The position numbers and the translations under genes were made by a program. Below are positions 40,929-55,236 of a DNA stretch of 64,000 nucleotides, in pieces; position 1 is the stretch's first letter; each line of letters opens with the position of its first letter. This DNA is from Octopus vulgaris. Its lineage: Eukaryota. The DNA is taken from NCBI GenBank assembly GCA_951406725.2, contig OX597824.1, positions 96,720,001 through 96,784,000 of the forward strand, read 5' to 3'. A model generated the notes under the pieces. It made no database searches and was not told where the DNA came from. It saw only the letters and a list, made by a program, of their open reading frames with translations.

Positions 40929-41628
40929 TTCCCCTCTCTCCCTATATATATATATATATATATATATAAGTACACACACTTTTCTGTACTGTGGGTAAGT
41001 GTGTGTATATGTTAGTGTATTTGCATGCATGCATGTGTGAATATATATATATATATATAGCAGAAGGATGTGTTATAATACACAGCCACACCAACAACCC
41101 AATAATACTAATCCACATATACAAAACCAGCCATACCAACAATCCAACATACGTCCATCATCAGCTGCCTCACGGATATCATTATGGTTTCGACACCTGG
41201 ACAGTACCACTCAATCCGGCAGTGTCAACAGCACTAAGATAAGTGTTGCTTGTAAACGAACAAACCAAAAGAAACCACAACTTTCAACCACATTTACCCA
41301 ATATACAACCGTATCGATAAATAAATTCCATAAGTAAATTACAATCCCTCCTAAATACGCAACTAAACAGCGACAACTCCATTAAGTCATAAAAAGTTAC
41401 AATCCCTACCGTCTACGTTGTGTAATATAAAAGTAAAGCTTAAAACCACATTATTTCAATCAATCAATATATCTGCTGGATTAAACACTAACTTTAATAA
41501 AACTACAACGAGAAACATTTAAACCAATATACATTGTATCGGTATTAATAGGAATCTGCAATAACTAAATTATATGCTAATTGCTATCCATATGTATGTA
41601 TGTATGTATATTTCCGTAAACCTCCCTG

Positions 41629-41691
<63 letters not shown>

Positions 41692-41728
41692 CATATATAT
41701 ATATATACATATATATACATATATATAT

Positions 41729-41839
<111 letters not shown>

Positions 41840-42224
41840 CGTTAGTATTTCACTACATCGAAACTGAAAGCAGTGGTGAGCGGTGGTGTGTGGGGGAGTT
41901 ATGACATCAAATAATAAAATTCTTTATTATAAGGATTTATGGACTTTCAAACAGAAAAGGAAAGCAAAGTTGTTTACTCTTAGGATTAGGAACGAAAGGA
42001 TTAATATATGAAAAATATCATGTGTGTGTCTGTATATGTGTGTGGTGTGTGTGTGTGCGTGAAATTTAATACGAGAAGATTCTTTTGTATATGCTATACA
42101 GATAGCTGAGGATGTCCACATGTATATCTAGCAAAAGAAGTCCTTCAATAAGTTAACACTTGGTAACCAATAGCTGAAGAGGAGCTTTGGAAAGCACATT
42201 AGAAGGTTATTACACAAATAATAT

Positions 42225-42351
<127 letters not shown>

Positions 42352-42807
42352 TTCTACACGTGTATTTTTGCTATTTCTGTGAACGTGCTGTATATCTGTG
42401 TGTGGGTGTGGTTCGTACGTGTGGTGTGTGAGCGTACACGCATGCGTGTGCGTGTGTGTAGGTGTGTTTGTGTTGGGGTGTGTGTTTGGGATTCCTACGT
42501 TTGTTATGATACAACAATGTATTGAAACAACAGGATTTTTGTTGTAAAGCTATTTCTTCCTGAATAAATAAAATATACTCCACGTCTTTCTGTTTCGCAT
42601 GCTCTCTCTCTTACTGTCACTCTATTTCTCTCTTTCTCTCTCTTACTATCGCTCTCTCTCATTGCCTCTCTCTTTCCTCACCCACTCAACTGAGACACAC
42701 ACATACACACATATACATGCACACACACACACATACACATCCTTATATATAGAATATATATGTATATATAGTTAGGTATGTATACGCATATTTATGAATA
42801 ATATATA

Positions 42808-43118
<311 letters not shown>

Positions 43119-43124
43119 ATTCTA

Positions 43125-43190
43125 GAAACGTTGTGTTAACAACAAACAAGATGAGGACAAATATCCGTCAAATGTAAATAATGTAAATAA
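43125..43190 (+). mobile_element. 3' tail fragment of the HHR-SINE family
   Basis: gaaacgttgtgttaacaacaaacaagatgaggacaaatatccgtcaaatgtaaataatgtaaataa matches 34655-34720. Confidence 0.8.
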
Positions 43191-43204
43191 TTTTCCTTTG
43201 ATAA

Positions 43205-43540
43205 TTGTATTATAATTAATTAGACCATCGGGCAAAACCCTTAGCGGTATTTCGTCTATCTTTACGTTCTGAGTTCAAATTCCGCCGAGGTCAACTTTGC
43301 CTTTCATCCTTTCAGGGTCGATTAAATAAGTACCAGTTACGCACTGGGGTCGATATAATCGACTTAATCCGTTTGTCTGTCCTTGCTTGTCCTCTCTGTG
43401 TTTAGCCCCTTGTGGGTAGTAAAGAAATAGGTATTTCGACTGCCCTACGTTCTGAGTTCAAATTCCGCCGAGGTCGACTTTGCCTTTCACCTTTTCGTGG
43501 TCGATAAATTAAGTACCAGTTACGCACTGGGGTCGATGTG
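43205..43540 (+). mobile_element. Family B SINE dimer
   Basis: Two bodies joined at aaagaaatag-gtatttcg (43421-43438). Confidence 0.9.
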
Positions 43541-44509
43541 ATAGAATTAGTAGTAGTTGTAGTAGTAGTTGCGTTGTTATTGATGCTTACTCCTAGGTGA
43601 GTCTCGTTGCTATTGACCGATAAACATAGGCTTTCCAGTCATGACCATCCAATCTTATTTTCACGCACATTATATTTAGGACTACACGATCTAATGCTAA
43701 TTTTCATTGTTTTTTGTGCGTGCTGTATGATTTGGCTGCTATTTCTAACATGCTCAACAGCCCTGTCCTGCAACAAAGGCGCTACTTTGTATCTCTTGGA
43801 GTTGAGAATGCGTGATGTTTATGCCTTGCCACCTAAGACACTCACCAAATTCCCATTAGTAATGTAGGGGAATGAAAAGGGCGTCAACGAGGATTCGAAA
43901 CCGCTTCTTCATCTCCTTACCACATCGCTTGTCGATGAATAAGAATTTATGCGAATTCATTGGGTGGAGAGACTGGGTGTAGGGGGCGTGGTTACTGGTG
44001 CGGTAGTGGGCGTGGTTATCGATTCAGACTGCAGCAGGACAGTCAGTCATTGGTTGGTTGGTGTTTCTCTTTATAATTAGACATTGGGGGAGAGAAAGGC
44101 TGATGTAGGGAAGTGGGAGAAGGAGGGGGGAGACAAGGAAGATGTGGAAGTTGGAGGTTGAGGAGGCGAAGGGGAGGAAGACGTGAAGTGGAAGGAGGAG
44201 AGGAGAAACGAAAAGGGGAGGAGAAGATGAAATGAAAGAGTGGGAGAAGAAAGAGAAAAAAGGAGGAGGAAAGGAGAGAAAGAGGGAAAGTAGGTGAGGA
44301 AGAAAGGGACAATGGAAAGGGATGCAGGAGAAGGAAAGAGAAGGAAGGAGCCAGAAAAGGGGAGAGTTAGAAGGGGATTGAATAGAAGAGCGCGTATACG
44401 AACACACACATATACACACACGCGCACACGAACACAAACGCACACGCGCACGCACACACGGACACACTGACACACAGACTCCCCCCCCACCATATATAAA
44501 TATGTCTTT

Positions 44510-44730
44510 TTCCTTTTATTTTCTTCTTGTTTCAGTCATTAGGCTGTGGCCATGCTGGGGCACCGCCTTCAAGAATTTTTGGTCGAATGTAACGACCCCA
44601 GTACTCATCTTTTAAGCTTGATACTTATTCTATCGGTTTCATTTGCCGAACCGTTAAGTTACTGGAACGCAAACACATCGATACCGGTTGTCAAGTGGCG
44701 GAGGAGGACAAACACAAAGACACACACACA

Positions 44731-44766
<36 letters not shown>

Positions 44767-44875
44767 ACGAGCTTCTTTCAGTTTCCATCAATCAAATCCA
44801 CTCGCCACGCTTTGGTCGTCCCGGAAGACCTTTGCCCCAGATGCCAAGCAAGCTTCTTAATGCACAGCCACGTCT
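44510..44875 (-). mobile_element. Diverged SINE family A
   Basis: Reverse-complement tail, internal microsatellite and partial head. Confidence 0.75.
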
Positions 44876-44880
44876 ATGCC

Positions 44881-44953
<73 letters not shown>

Positions 44954-46048
44954 ATGTGTATTTATGTTTGTATAATATACACACATGCGCGCATGCAAAA
45001 ACATTCACTCAGACACAGAAACACATTTATTGATCATATTGATTTAAATGGAACATCAAGTTTCGCCATTAACAGCTTATCAGCGTATAAAAGTTTTGTA
45101 CAAAGCAAATAAAACGCACCTTATATTGTTACCTCAGTCAATTTCTTGTACCTTTCATCGGAAACATGGAATAATTTACTTAACTCTGAGCGATAATTTA
45201 GTCAGCTCCTCTTAAGTTAACACCACGCTTTTGAGAAAGATTTATCTGTTGTAAAGATATGAGGTGGATTTCTTCTTTAAAACTTTGCTGGTGGAGTAAG
45301 CCCTTAGAAGTGAAACTCAGGGCCGCAGTCAAACCAATGTTAACGTTAGTAACAACTTTTACGCGATTAATTATAGAGTCCTTAATCGTTACAGTGTGAA
45401 TGGCAATGTAACGTGCGTTTCGGTGAACGAACGTCATTTATAATATGCATTACACACAAAGTTATGCAATTTATTTAATAAATTTAGAGTTCATTCACTT
45501 CCTCAGGCATTAAAACTTGATTTACCTCACAACTGCTAGATTTTTACAGTTGCAAGGGTTGTACAAAGAGAGACAAAATACAAATGTTAGTTTATGCTAT
45601 GAACTCTTTAGTATGCTGTCCGTCTTGACCGGAATTTTGGCAACTAATCAAACAAAAAACACATACACCCACACACACGTGTGTGTGTGTATATGCGTAT
45701 GAGTGTGTGTGCGCGCGCGTGTGTATGTACGTATGTTTCGATAATATATGTTTCGCTTTTTGCTTAAGTATATTACGTTATATGCGTGTCTATAAGTGAG
45801 CAATTATGTATTTAAGCACTTTCCTCAGGAAAGAAAAAATGAATGTAATCTCTCTCACGAAGCTTTAACATGTTGCACAGGCACTTTAGTCTGGCTGCAG
45901 CGTTCCTTCAAACCGAAACAGCTGTAAGCTTCCCAAAACGATTATGTAACCCCTTTGCTTTTGTCATATGTTAATATATGTATGCATGTATGTATGTATG
46001 TATGTATGTATGTATGTATGTATGTATGTATGTATGTATGTATGTATG

Positions 46049-46080
<32 letters not shown>

Positions 46081-46096
46081 CAAACATATACACACA

Positions 46097-46172
<76 letters not shown>

Positions 46173-46180
46173 CATAGATA

Positions 46181-46301
46181 CGACGGGATTCTTTCAGTTT
46201 CCGTCTACCAAATCTACTCACAAGGCCTTGGTCGGCTAGAAGCTATAGTAGAAGACACTTGCCCAAGGTGCCACGGACTGAACCCGGAACCATGTAGTTC
46301 C

Positions 46302-46372
<71 letters not shown>

Positions 46373-46571
46373 GTGTGTGTGTATTTGTCCCTCTCACCAT
46401 CGCTTGACAACCGAAGTTGGTGTGTTTATGTCCCCGTAACTTATTGGTTCGGCAAAAGGAACACATAGAATAAGTACTAGGCTTACAAAGAATAAATCCT
46501 ACGGTCGATTTGTTCGACGAAAGGCGGTGCTCCAGCATGGCCGCAGTCAAATGACTGAAACAAGTAAAAGA
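46181..46571. mobile_element. SINE family A with 5' half (-) and 3' half (+) in opposite orientations
   Basis: 46181-46295 matches the head in reverse complement; 46381-46571 matches the tail forward. Confidence 0.75.
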
Positions 46572-46579
46572 ACACAAGA

Positions 46580-46611
<32 letters not shown>

Positions 46612-47551
46612 ATGTGTGTGAGTGCGTGTGTGCGTCTTTCTCTCCGTCTCTCTCCTCTCCGCCTCTCCCCGCTTCCTTCTCTTGACCATCCATTCTTCCT
46701 TGGACCGGACGACCCTGAATCCGTGTCAGAATCACACCTTTCATAACAGAGCATGTTCTGTGAATAGGGACTTCGACTCCATCGCAGACAGATTGCTGGT
46801 GATGTCACTCTAATAGCTACTTCATTGCTTGACCTTTGCCCTTTGAGGGCGGGAATGTTATTTGGGACAAACAACGACTACATCGTCAACAACAACAACA
46901 GCAACAACAATAATCACTACAACAGCAGCAAGAACAACAAGAACAAGAACAACAACAACTAGAAGATCCCCAAACAGAAGTGAAGGAATTTATGTCTGTT
47001 TTCTGTTTTTCACATTTTTGGCATTTTTCGCGCATTCCTCTTTGTGTGTGTGTGTGTGTGTGTGTATTTGCGTGTGTGTACCTTGTGTTGTGAGTTGGTG
47101 TGTGACGTGTGTCGCACGTGTCTCTGCATACGCTCGTACACACACACACACGCACACACACAGGCACATACATACCTACATATATCTATCTGTCTGTCTA
47201 TATATATGTGTGTATGTATATACGTGTGTCCTGGGTGTCTGTGTGTCCTGGGTGTGTGTGTGTGTGTGTTATTGAGGAGCTTTGATGTTTTTTTAAAACG
47301 CTTTATTATGTGATGAACTGCCATCGGACACTTTTAGGAGGGAGAGAGGAAATATAATTACAGCAATTAGAAAATTAGAAATAACAACAACAACAGCAAC
47401 AACAACGGCGATGGTGGAAATGATAATGCTGCTGCTGATAATGATGATGATCAAGTCTACAAGATCCATATATATAAATTGTGTATATTTGCAAACACAC
47501 ACACACACACAGACACACACACATACACACACGCATATTCATATTTATAAA

Positions 47552-47705
47552 GTTGTGTGGTGAGAATCTTGCTCACCAACCACATGGTTCCAGGTTCAGT
47601 CCCACTGCGTGACACCTTGAGCAAATGTCTTCTATTATAGCCTCGGGTCGGCCAAAGCCTTGTGAGCGGATTTGGTTGGCGGAAACTGAAAGAAGCTCGT
47701 CATAT
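47552..47705 (+). mobile_element. SINE family A 5' half
   Basis: Head and CORE-like box match. Confidence 0.8.
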
Positions 47706-47869
47706 ATATATAAATTTCTCGAGCGGCTTTGACGACTTTGGAACCTTGATAGAAAGGGAAGACAAGCAGGTGTCCAAAATGCCCTTTTTTTTCCCCTTCT
47801 ACTTGGCACTCCACCATCATTTTTCTGAAAGAGGTAAAATTTATTCAAATTTCGGAAAACGATAAAAAA

Positions 47870-48020
47870 GAGTCAAAACTATTGAAAAGTGGAAATTTTA
47901 CCGGTGTGTGTGTTAAATTATAAGACACTCAAAGAGAATGACTCTCCCCAGACACAACAGAATATGCTTCAACACGCGAACTCACATAAGGAATCTTGCA
48001 AACCAAATCAAAAAACGAGA
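47870..48020. mobile_element. Repeat family D copy, inverted relative to 7970
   Basis: gagtcaaaactattgaaaag..ggaaattttaccggtg..gactctccccagacacaacagaatatgcttcaacac. Confidence 0.75.
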
Positions 48021-48427
48021 TAAAAGAAAAATTGTAGAAGAAAAACAGCTAAAAATATTTTTCGTGTGAATTCAAATTAAATTGGAAAGAAAAGGATGAA
48101 TGAACGCAAGACTGACAGTCATTCTTCAATCTGAAGATAAGGCCAATCCAAATTTCACAGGGATTCTAATTTACTGCAAGGAATCGTCTGAGAAAAATTA
48201 AAGTATATTTTTAGACATAGCGCAAGAATTCGGTTCAAAGGTTACATCACAAACATCGCATCCTTACTTAATTTTTCGTTCTGCGATTTGAAGCGACAAT
48301 TTTTTAAGTACAAACAAATGACTGAAAAATGAGCTAACTCAGCCAGAATTGAACCCACAAATCAACGCTAACATGGCTCCTTGCGCATCCGTAACTTACA
48401 AAGCCTTTCGGGTTTGTTTATAAATAT

Positions 48428-48478
<51 letters not shown>

Positions 48479-48528
48479 TTTGTGTATGCTTGTGTTGTGT
48501 ATGTGTGTGCGTGTGTTTTGTGTATATG

Positions 48529-48587
<59 letters not shown>

Positions 48588-48588
48588 C

Positions 48589-48628
<40 letters not shown>

Positions 48629-48663
48629 CATATAACATATATATGTATATGCATATAAATATT

Positions 48664-49370
48664 ATGCAGGCGTGGTTGTGTGGTAAGTAGCTTGCTTACC
48701 AACCACATGGTTCCGGATTCAGTCCTATTGAGTGGCACCTTGAGCAAATGTCTTCTACTATAGCCTCGGATCGACCAAAGCTCTGTGAGTGGATTTGGTA
48801 GACGGAAACTGAAAGAAGCCTGTCGCATATATATGTATATGTATATATACATGTGTGTGTATGTTTGCATGTCTGTGTTTGTCCCCCCACCATCGATGTT
48901 GGTGTATTTACTTCTACGGTAACCTAGTGGTTCAGCTAAAGGGACCGATAGAATAGTGCGGAGGCACATGGCCTAATGGTTAGAGCAGCGGACTCGCGGT
49001 CGAGGGATCGTGAGTTTGAATCTCAGACCGGGCAATGTGTGTGATTATGAGCGAAACACTTAAGCTCCACTCGGCCCCGGCAGAAGGTAATGGCGAAATT
49101 CTGCTGACTCTTTCGCCACAACTTTCTCTCACTCTTTCCTCTTGCATCATGCAGCTCACCTGCGACGGACCGGCGTCCCGTCCAGGTGGGGAACCTATAC
49201 GCCAAGGAAACCGGTCCTTATGAGCCAGGCATGGCTCGAGAAGGAACAAACAAACCGATAGAATAAGTACTAGGTTTACAAAGAATAAGTTGTGGGGTCG
49301 ATTTGTTCGACTAAAGACGGTGTTCCAGCATGGCCGCAGTCAAATGACTGAAACAAATGAAAGAATAAAA
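48664..49370 (+). mobile_element. SINE family A interrupted by a family E SINE
   Basis: Family A sequence resumes after the 48956-49253 insert. Confidence 0.85.
48956..49253 (+). mobile_element. SINE family E (tRNA head, AAC-rich tail) with 12-bp TSD
   Basis: TSD accgatagaata at 48944-48955 and 49254-49265; A-box TGGCCTAATGG, B-box-like GAGTTTGAATCT; second head at ~61886-61941. Confidence 0.9.
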
Positions 49371-49377
49371 GAAAAAG

Positions 49378-49425
<48 letters not shown>

Positions 49426-49549
49426 CACACACACACAAATATATTTAAACATAGAAACTGAAATGACTTGGTTTGATTTTATATTCTTCCCATTTTTCTT
49501 CTCTTTTCCCCATGTCTCTCTTTCTCTCTTTCTCACCCTCTCTCACTCT

Positions 49550-49586
<37 letters not shown>

Positions 49587-49861
49587 TCTGACGTATATCT
49601 TTCTATGTTTCTCTGTTCCACCGTCTGTCTACCATTCTCTCTCTCTCTCTCTCTCTCTCATCCCCTCACTTAATCCTTCTAAAAAATCTCTCCCCTCTCT
49701 TCCATTCCTCTTCCTCGCAACACCTTGATCACACATCTCTCACTCTCCACATTTTCTCACCTCATCAAATACCCTTCCTCCCCTCCGTCCTGCTTCCCCT
49801 CCTCCCCTTCTTCTCCTCTCTCTTGTTTATTTCCCTCGCGTTCATTGCTCTCCCAACACAC

Positions 49862-49892
<31 letters not shown>

Positions 49893-50245
49893 TTCCTTTC
49901 TTTCTTTCTTCTTTTCAAAATGCCTTCCGTCTCTCCTGTCAAACATTCTTCTCTATTATTCTCCTCTCTCTCTCTCTCTCTCTCTCTCATATCTCTTTAT
50001 GTCCTTCTGGCATCCATCTTTCCTTTAATTCTCCTCATCATTCCCCCATCACCCCCTCCTTCCCCCATTCTCTCTTCTATTTTCTAATCCCCCCTCCCCG
50101 CCCCTCCAACTTGCTGCAGGGATGCCTCCCTCCCTCCCTCCCTCCCACACCACTCTTCCTATATTTTTCAATTCAGCGCAGCCATCCCTGCCATCTCCCC
50201 CCGACACATTTTTAAACGCATCATTGTCGGCCACACTGAAAGCCT

Positions 50246-50348
50246 CCATATATGGCCAGTGAAGCGAGGTGAAAGGTCAGACAGAGTAAACCGAAACCGT
50301 GTACAAAAACCAGTGGAAATGAGACGAACCTGAGAAGACAAGATGGCG
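50246..50348. promoter_or_regulatory. Candidate cis-regulatory module (CArG, DR1, YY1 motifs)
   Basis: CCATATATGG 50246-50255; AGGTGAAAGGTCA 50267-50279; CAAGATGGCG 50339-50348. Confidence 0.45.
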
Positions 50349-50677
50349 TCCGACCACTTAGCTGATTACTTTCCCCTCAGCTTCCGCTTTCTTCTACAAC
50401 TTCTTCGCTTTACAATTCAACCATCTTAAGGTTTGCGTCTTCGTATATTTTCTACTTTTATTTTATATTAGTTGTTTTTTTTATAGCAAATTCTTCCTTA
50501 TTTATTATTTTGTTTTTTGTTGTTGTCTTACCCGGTTCTATTCGGAATTTCCTCATCTCCTCCTCCTCCCCATCATCATTATCGCCATCGTCCTCATCAT
50601 CGTCCTCATCATCATCAACATTGAAATTAAGAATTATAAACATCAGCAGTACCAGCAGTGTTAAAATCGTAGTCGTC

Positions 50678-50742
<65 letters not shown>

Positions 50743-51263
50743 AGTCGTCATTTTTTATTGTTATTTTTTTCCTTTCGTTTCTGAAATGTGAAATCTCCGC
50801 TGTCGAGGATCGAAATCGCGAACACAAAATTGAGGTTACCTTTCCGAGGTGTGTATTTTAAGAGACGGTCATGGAGGAGTGTCAGCTGTTGTAGGCCATC
50901 ATGCTTTCTCTATGACATTAACAGGCACGAATGAACATCAAGCTGTTTCTAGTAAGAATCGAACACGGTTCGCTTTCTCCAGTTTTAAACAATTCCCTGC
51001 CGAATAATTCATCAGCCTGCCTACGTCCACCATGGTTTCGTGGTTTATTTGTGCAATTGTGGTTTATCATGTGAGACGAGAAGAGATTTCTGACCCCTAA
51101 ATCTGTTTCCTGGAGGGAGGGAGATTGTGAGCAGACCCCCTCTGCCGCCCTCAAAGCGGACAGTAGATTATTTTGAGAGAGAGAGAGAGAGAGATGGAGA
51201 GCGAGGAAGAGAGAGAGAGCGAGAGGGGGAGAGAGAGAGGAAGAGAGAGAGAGAGGGGGGAGA

Positions 51264-51308
<45 letters not shown>

Positions 51309-52587
51309 GAGACAGCTCGATTGGTCATTTATTTGTCGACCCAAGAGGAATGAAAATCTAAGTTGGTCTCGGGAGGTTTCGAACTGAGAACAGAATGCAA
51401 AGCGTGGGAACGATTACCACAAGGTATTTGCATGACGCTCAAACGACTTTGCCACTGTTTCGCCCTAATATAGTTTCCAGGAAGAAATACTGACAAGGGC
51501 GGCCACCAGGTGAAGATGTAGTGTCAGAAGGCAGTGTTTTGGTGTCTAGCGTCAGAGGGAAATTTAGAGTCTTTGATCAACACTGACCACCATTACACCA
51601 CCACCATCAATACCACAAACAACAACAACACAGCCGCTGCCGCCGCCACCAATTCCACCACCACCACCACCTCCACCACCACCACCACCACCACCACCAC
51701 CACCACCACCACCACCACCACCACCACCACCACCACCACCACCACCACCACCACGAACAACAGCAGCAACAGCAGCCGTTCAATAATTTGGACCTGGAGA
51801 TCTCCATTTCCAGCGACTTCGAGGGCCACCTCTCAGTGGTGTCAACGAAGAGCCCTCGACTACAACAAGACGACCAAAGTTTTTTTTTTTCAAGGTCTGA
51901 GGTCTCCTGCCCCTAAGCCCTAGACCATCACCTAATCACCTTTGTTGCTTAACAACAACACCAGCAGCAACAACAACAACAACTGTATCACTGTCAAAAT
52001 CAACACGGATGATGATCGCCACCACTTGTGAAGACATAGATGAAGTGGTCCTTCTTGGAACGTCTTTGATCCTCTTGCTGATGGATTAGGGGTCTCATTG
52101 ACTAAAAGATAACAACAGCAACAACAACAACACAAACAACAAAACCATAACAGAACAAACACATTCATGCATTCCGTTACCTGAAGACCGCACCGTCACC
52201 TGACACCACCACCCGCCACCACCACCACTACCACCAGCACCACCACCACCAGCACCACCAGCACCAGCACCACCACCACCACCAGCACCATCGCCACCAC
52301 CACCACCACCACCACCACCACCACCACCACCACTACCACCACCACCACCACCACCACCACCACCACCACCGCGATCGCCACCGCCACCAGTACTTGCAGT
52401 GGGTTGGTGGTGTTGTTTTATGCCGAGACAACAACATGTCATTATGTTGTCATATAATTTAATATGTCAGTGTTGTGTCCAATATTGTTAAATATCAAGT
52501 GGGATGAAAGTTCAGAGGTTGTGAGTTCAAATACAGTTAGCAGACCATCCTGAACTTTAAACAGGGAAATATTGAAATTATTCTTGC

Positions 52588-52910
<323 letters not shown>

Positions 52911-53185
52911 ACATACACACACACACATATATATATGTAGAGAAAGAGAGAAAGAGAGTGAGAAATAGATAGATACATACATATAAATATAAATAAATAT
53001 ACATATATACACACACACATATATATATATATATACATATATATGTATATATATGTATAAACACACATACACACACATACACACATACACACACACACAC
53101 ATATATATATCCTAATATTTACATACGCATATATGCGTGTGTTTATGTGTGTTTATGCATGTGTGTATGTATGTATCTCTCTCAA

Positions 53186-53242
<57 letters not shown>

Positions 53243-53331
53243 GGAGAGTTTACGAAAAAAACAAAAGACGAAGACAGGTGGTGTACAAAACAAACAGATG
53301 TATTAGTATAACGCTCAGGAATAGAAAAAGT

Positions 53332-53367
53332 CTTTTACGTTTCGAGCCTCCGCTCTTCTACAGAAAG
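53332..53367 (-). ncRNA. Hammerhead-like motif with variant core, within a short repeat at ~53240-53415
   Basis: Reverse complement CTTT-CTGTAGA-a-GAGC ggag GCTC-GAAAC-GTA-AAAG: helices I and II pair; core CUGUAGA deviates at A6. Confidence 0.5.
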
Positions 53368-53535
53368 GGACACAGAAAAAGACAAGGAGAGAAAAAAATG
53401 TGTGTAGTGGCTAACGATATGTATTTATGTATGTATAATTTAAAGAATGTAGTTTTGTAAAACTGGAACAATGTGAGAAGATACAAAATAAACTAAAAAT
53501 TGAAAGAAAACAGAGTAAAATTGTAGTTTTACCTT

Positions 53536-53701
53536 GTATTTCAATATTTCGGGGTGAAGAGCCCTTCTTCAGAACATTCGGAAAAAGCAGTGGCTGGAAA
53601 GTGTTTGTCACTCAGCAATGAACATTTTCCAACCACTTTCCAACCACTGCTTTTTCCGAATGTTCTGAAGAAGGGCTCTTCACCCCGAAATATTGAAATA
53701 C
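53536..53701. mobile_element. 68-bp inverted duplication containing an HHR-like motif in each arm
   Basis: Arms 53536-53603 and 53634-53701 with one mismatch; CTGAAGA-a-GGG..CCC-GAAATATT at 53665-53694. Confidence 0.7.
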
Positions 53702-53793
53702 TCTCCCGCCTCTCTCTCTCTTTACCTACCTATCTACCTATCTGTCTGTCACTCTATTTGTATTTATATATGTGTATATAAGAATATATATAC

Positions 53794-53858
<65 letters not shown>

Positions 53859-53892
53859 TATATATACTTATATATATATGCATGTATACAAA

Positions 53893-53927
<35 letters not shown>

Positions 53928-54401
53928 ATCACTCTTGTTATTCTTTCTCTCCATCTCACAATTTCTCTGCTGTTTCCTTATTATTTCTTCCTCACTTTCT
54001 CCCTCTCTCTCTCTGTCTCGCTCTCTCTCTCTGTCTCCTATCCATATTCCCTCCATGTTCCACCATGTTCCACCATGTTCCACCATAGAAGCGATGACGT
54101 CACTATCCAACCATGACCAAACTTACCCACACAAACACAAAACACACACACACACACACACACCCTCTCTCTCCCTTTCTTCGTCTCTCTCTCTCTCTCT
54201 CCCTCTCTTCCCCACCTCTCTCTTAATTCCTTCCTCAACCCACCACTGACTCTCCTCTTTAGAAACGCTTCCGACTTCCAAACTCTTTACAAACCTAATA
54301 AACCTCCAGAGGCCAAACGCTGGTCTAACTCACCCCCACCCTCCCTCTCTGTCTCTTCTTTCAGCGTCTCATGTGCTTCTCTGCGTCTGTGTATGTTTAT
54401 A

Positions 54402-54473
<72 letters not shown>

Positions 54474-54572
54474 CAAGAATTTGCGTGTTTTCCAGTTTCT
54501 CAGACCAACGTCATTGTGTGTGTGTGAAAGCTTATAATGTTCTGTATGTCTATTTTTATGTATGTGTATGTG

Positions 54573-54609
<37 letters not shown>

Positions 54610-55067
54610 GTGTGTGCGTGCATGTGTGTGTATCTGTGTACATAAGTATCTATGTGTATACGTTCCAGTGTGTATATGTGTTTGTGTGTTTCTGTATATC
54701 AGCGTGTCTATGAGTTTCTCCTCCTATTTTCTTTTCTGTATTGTTTGAGGGGAGGGGCCGAAAAGACTGATTCCCCACGGCCTTACCATCCCAAAGATCT
54801 TCTCTTTTTCTGGGTGTATATCCCCAATTAAACACTCGCATCACCAAGGAATGCCAGCCACCCTTTCTATATACCGAAACAAAGCCACATCAACGAAATT
54901 CTTCATTTAGACCAGCGGTCCAAGAACAATTTATTTTGGGCACCATGGTCCCCATGGGTCGGTTTCCTGCAACACGATTTGGCCCTCGATCGAGGAATTA
55001 CACGCATGACAAAACACAACAAACGGCATCATATACAATTTCTGCCAGCTTGCCGCCTTTAAATATT

Positions 55068-55196
55068 CTTTTCTATTCTAGGCACAAGGCCCGAAATTTT
55101 GGTGGGAGGGTGCCAGTCGATTAGATCGACCCCAGTACTCGACTGATACTTAATTTATCAGCCCCGAAAGGATGAAAGGCAAAGTCGACCTCGGCG
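55068..55196 (-). mobile_element. Family B SINE 3' fragment
   Basis: Tail plus body in reverse complement. Confidence 0.8.
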
Positions 55197-55236
55197 GGTC
55201 TAGTATACTATACTATAATATGAATGTATGTGTGTA

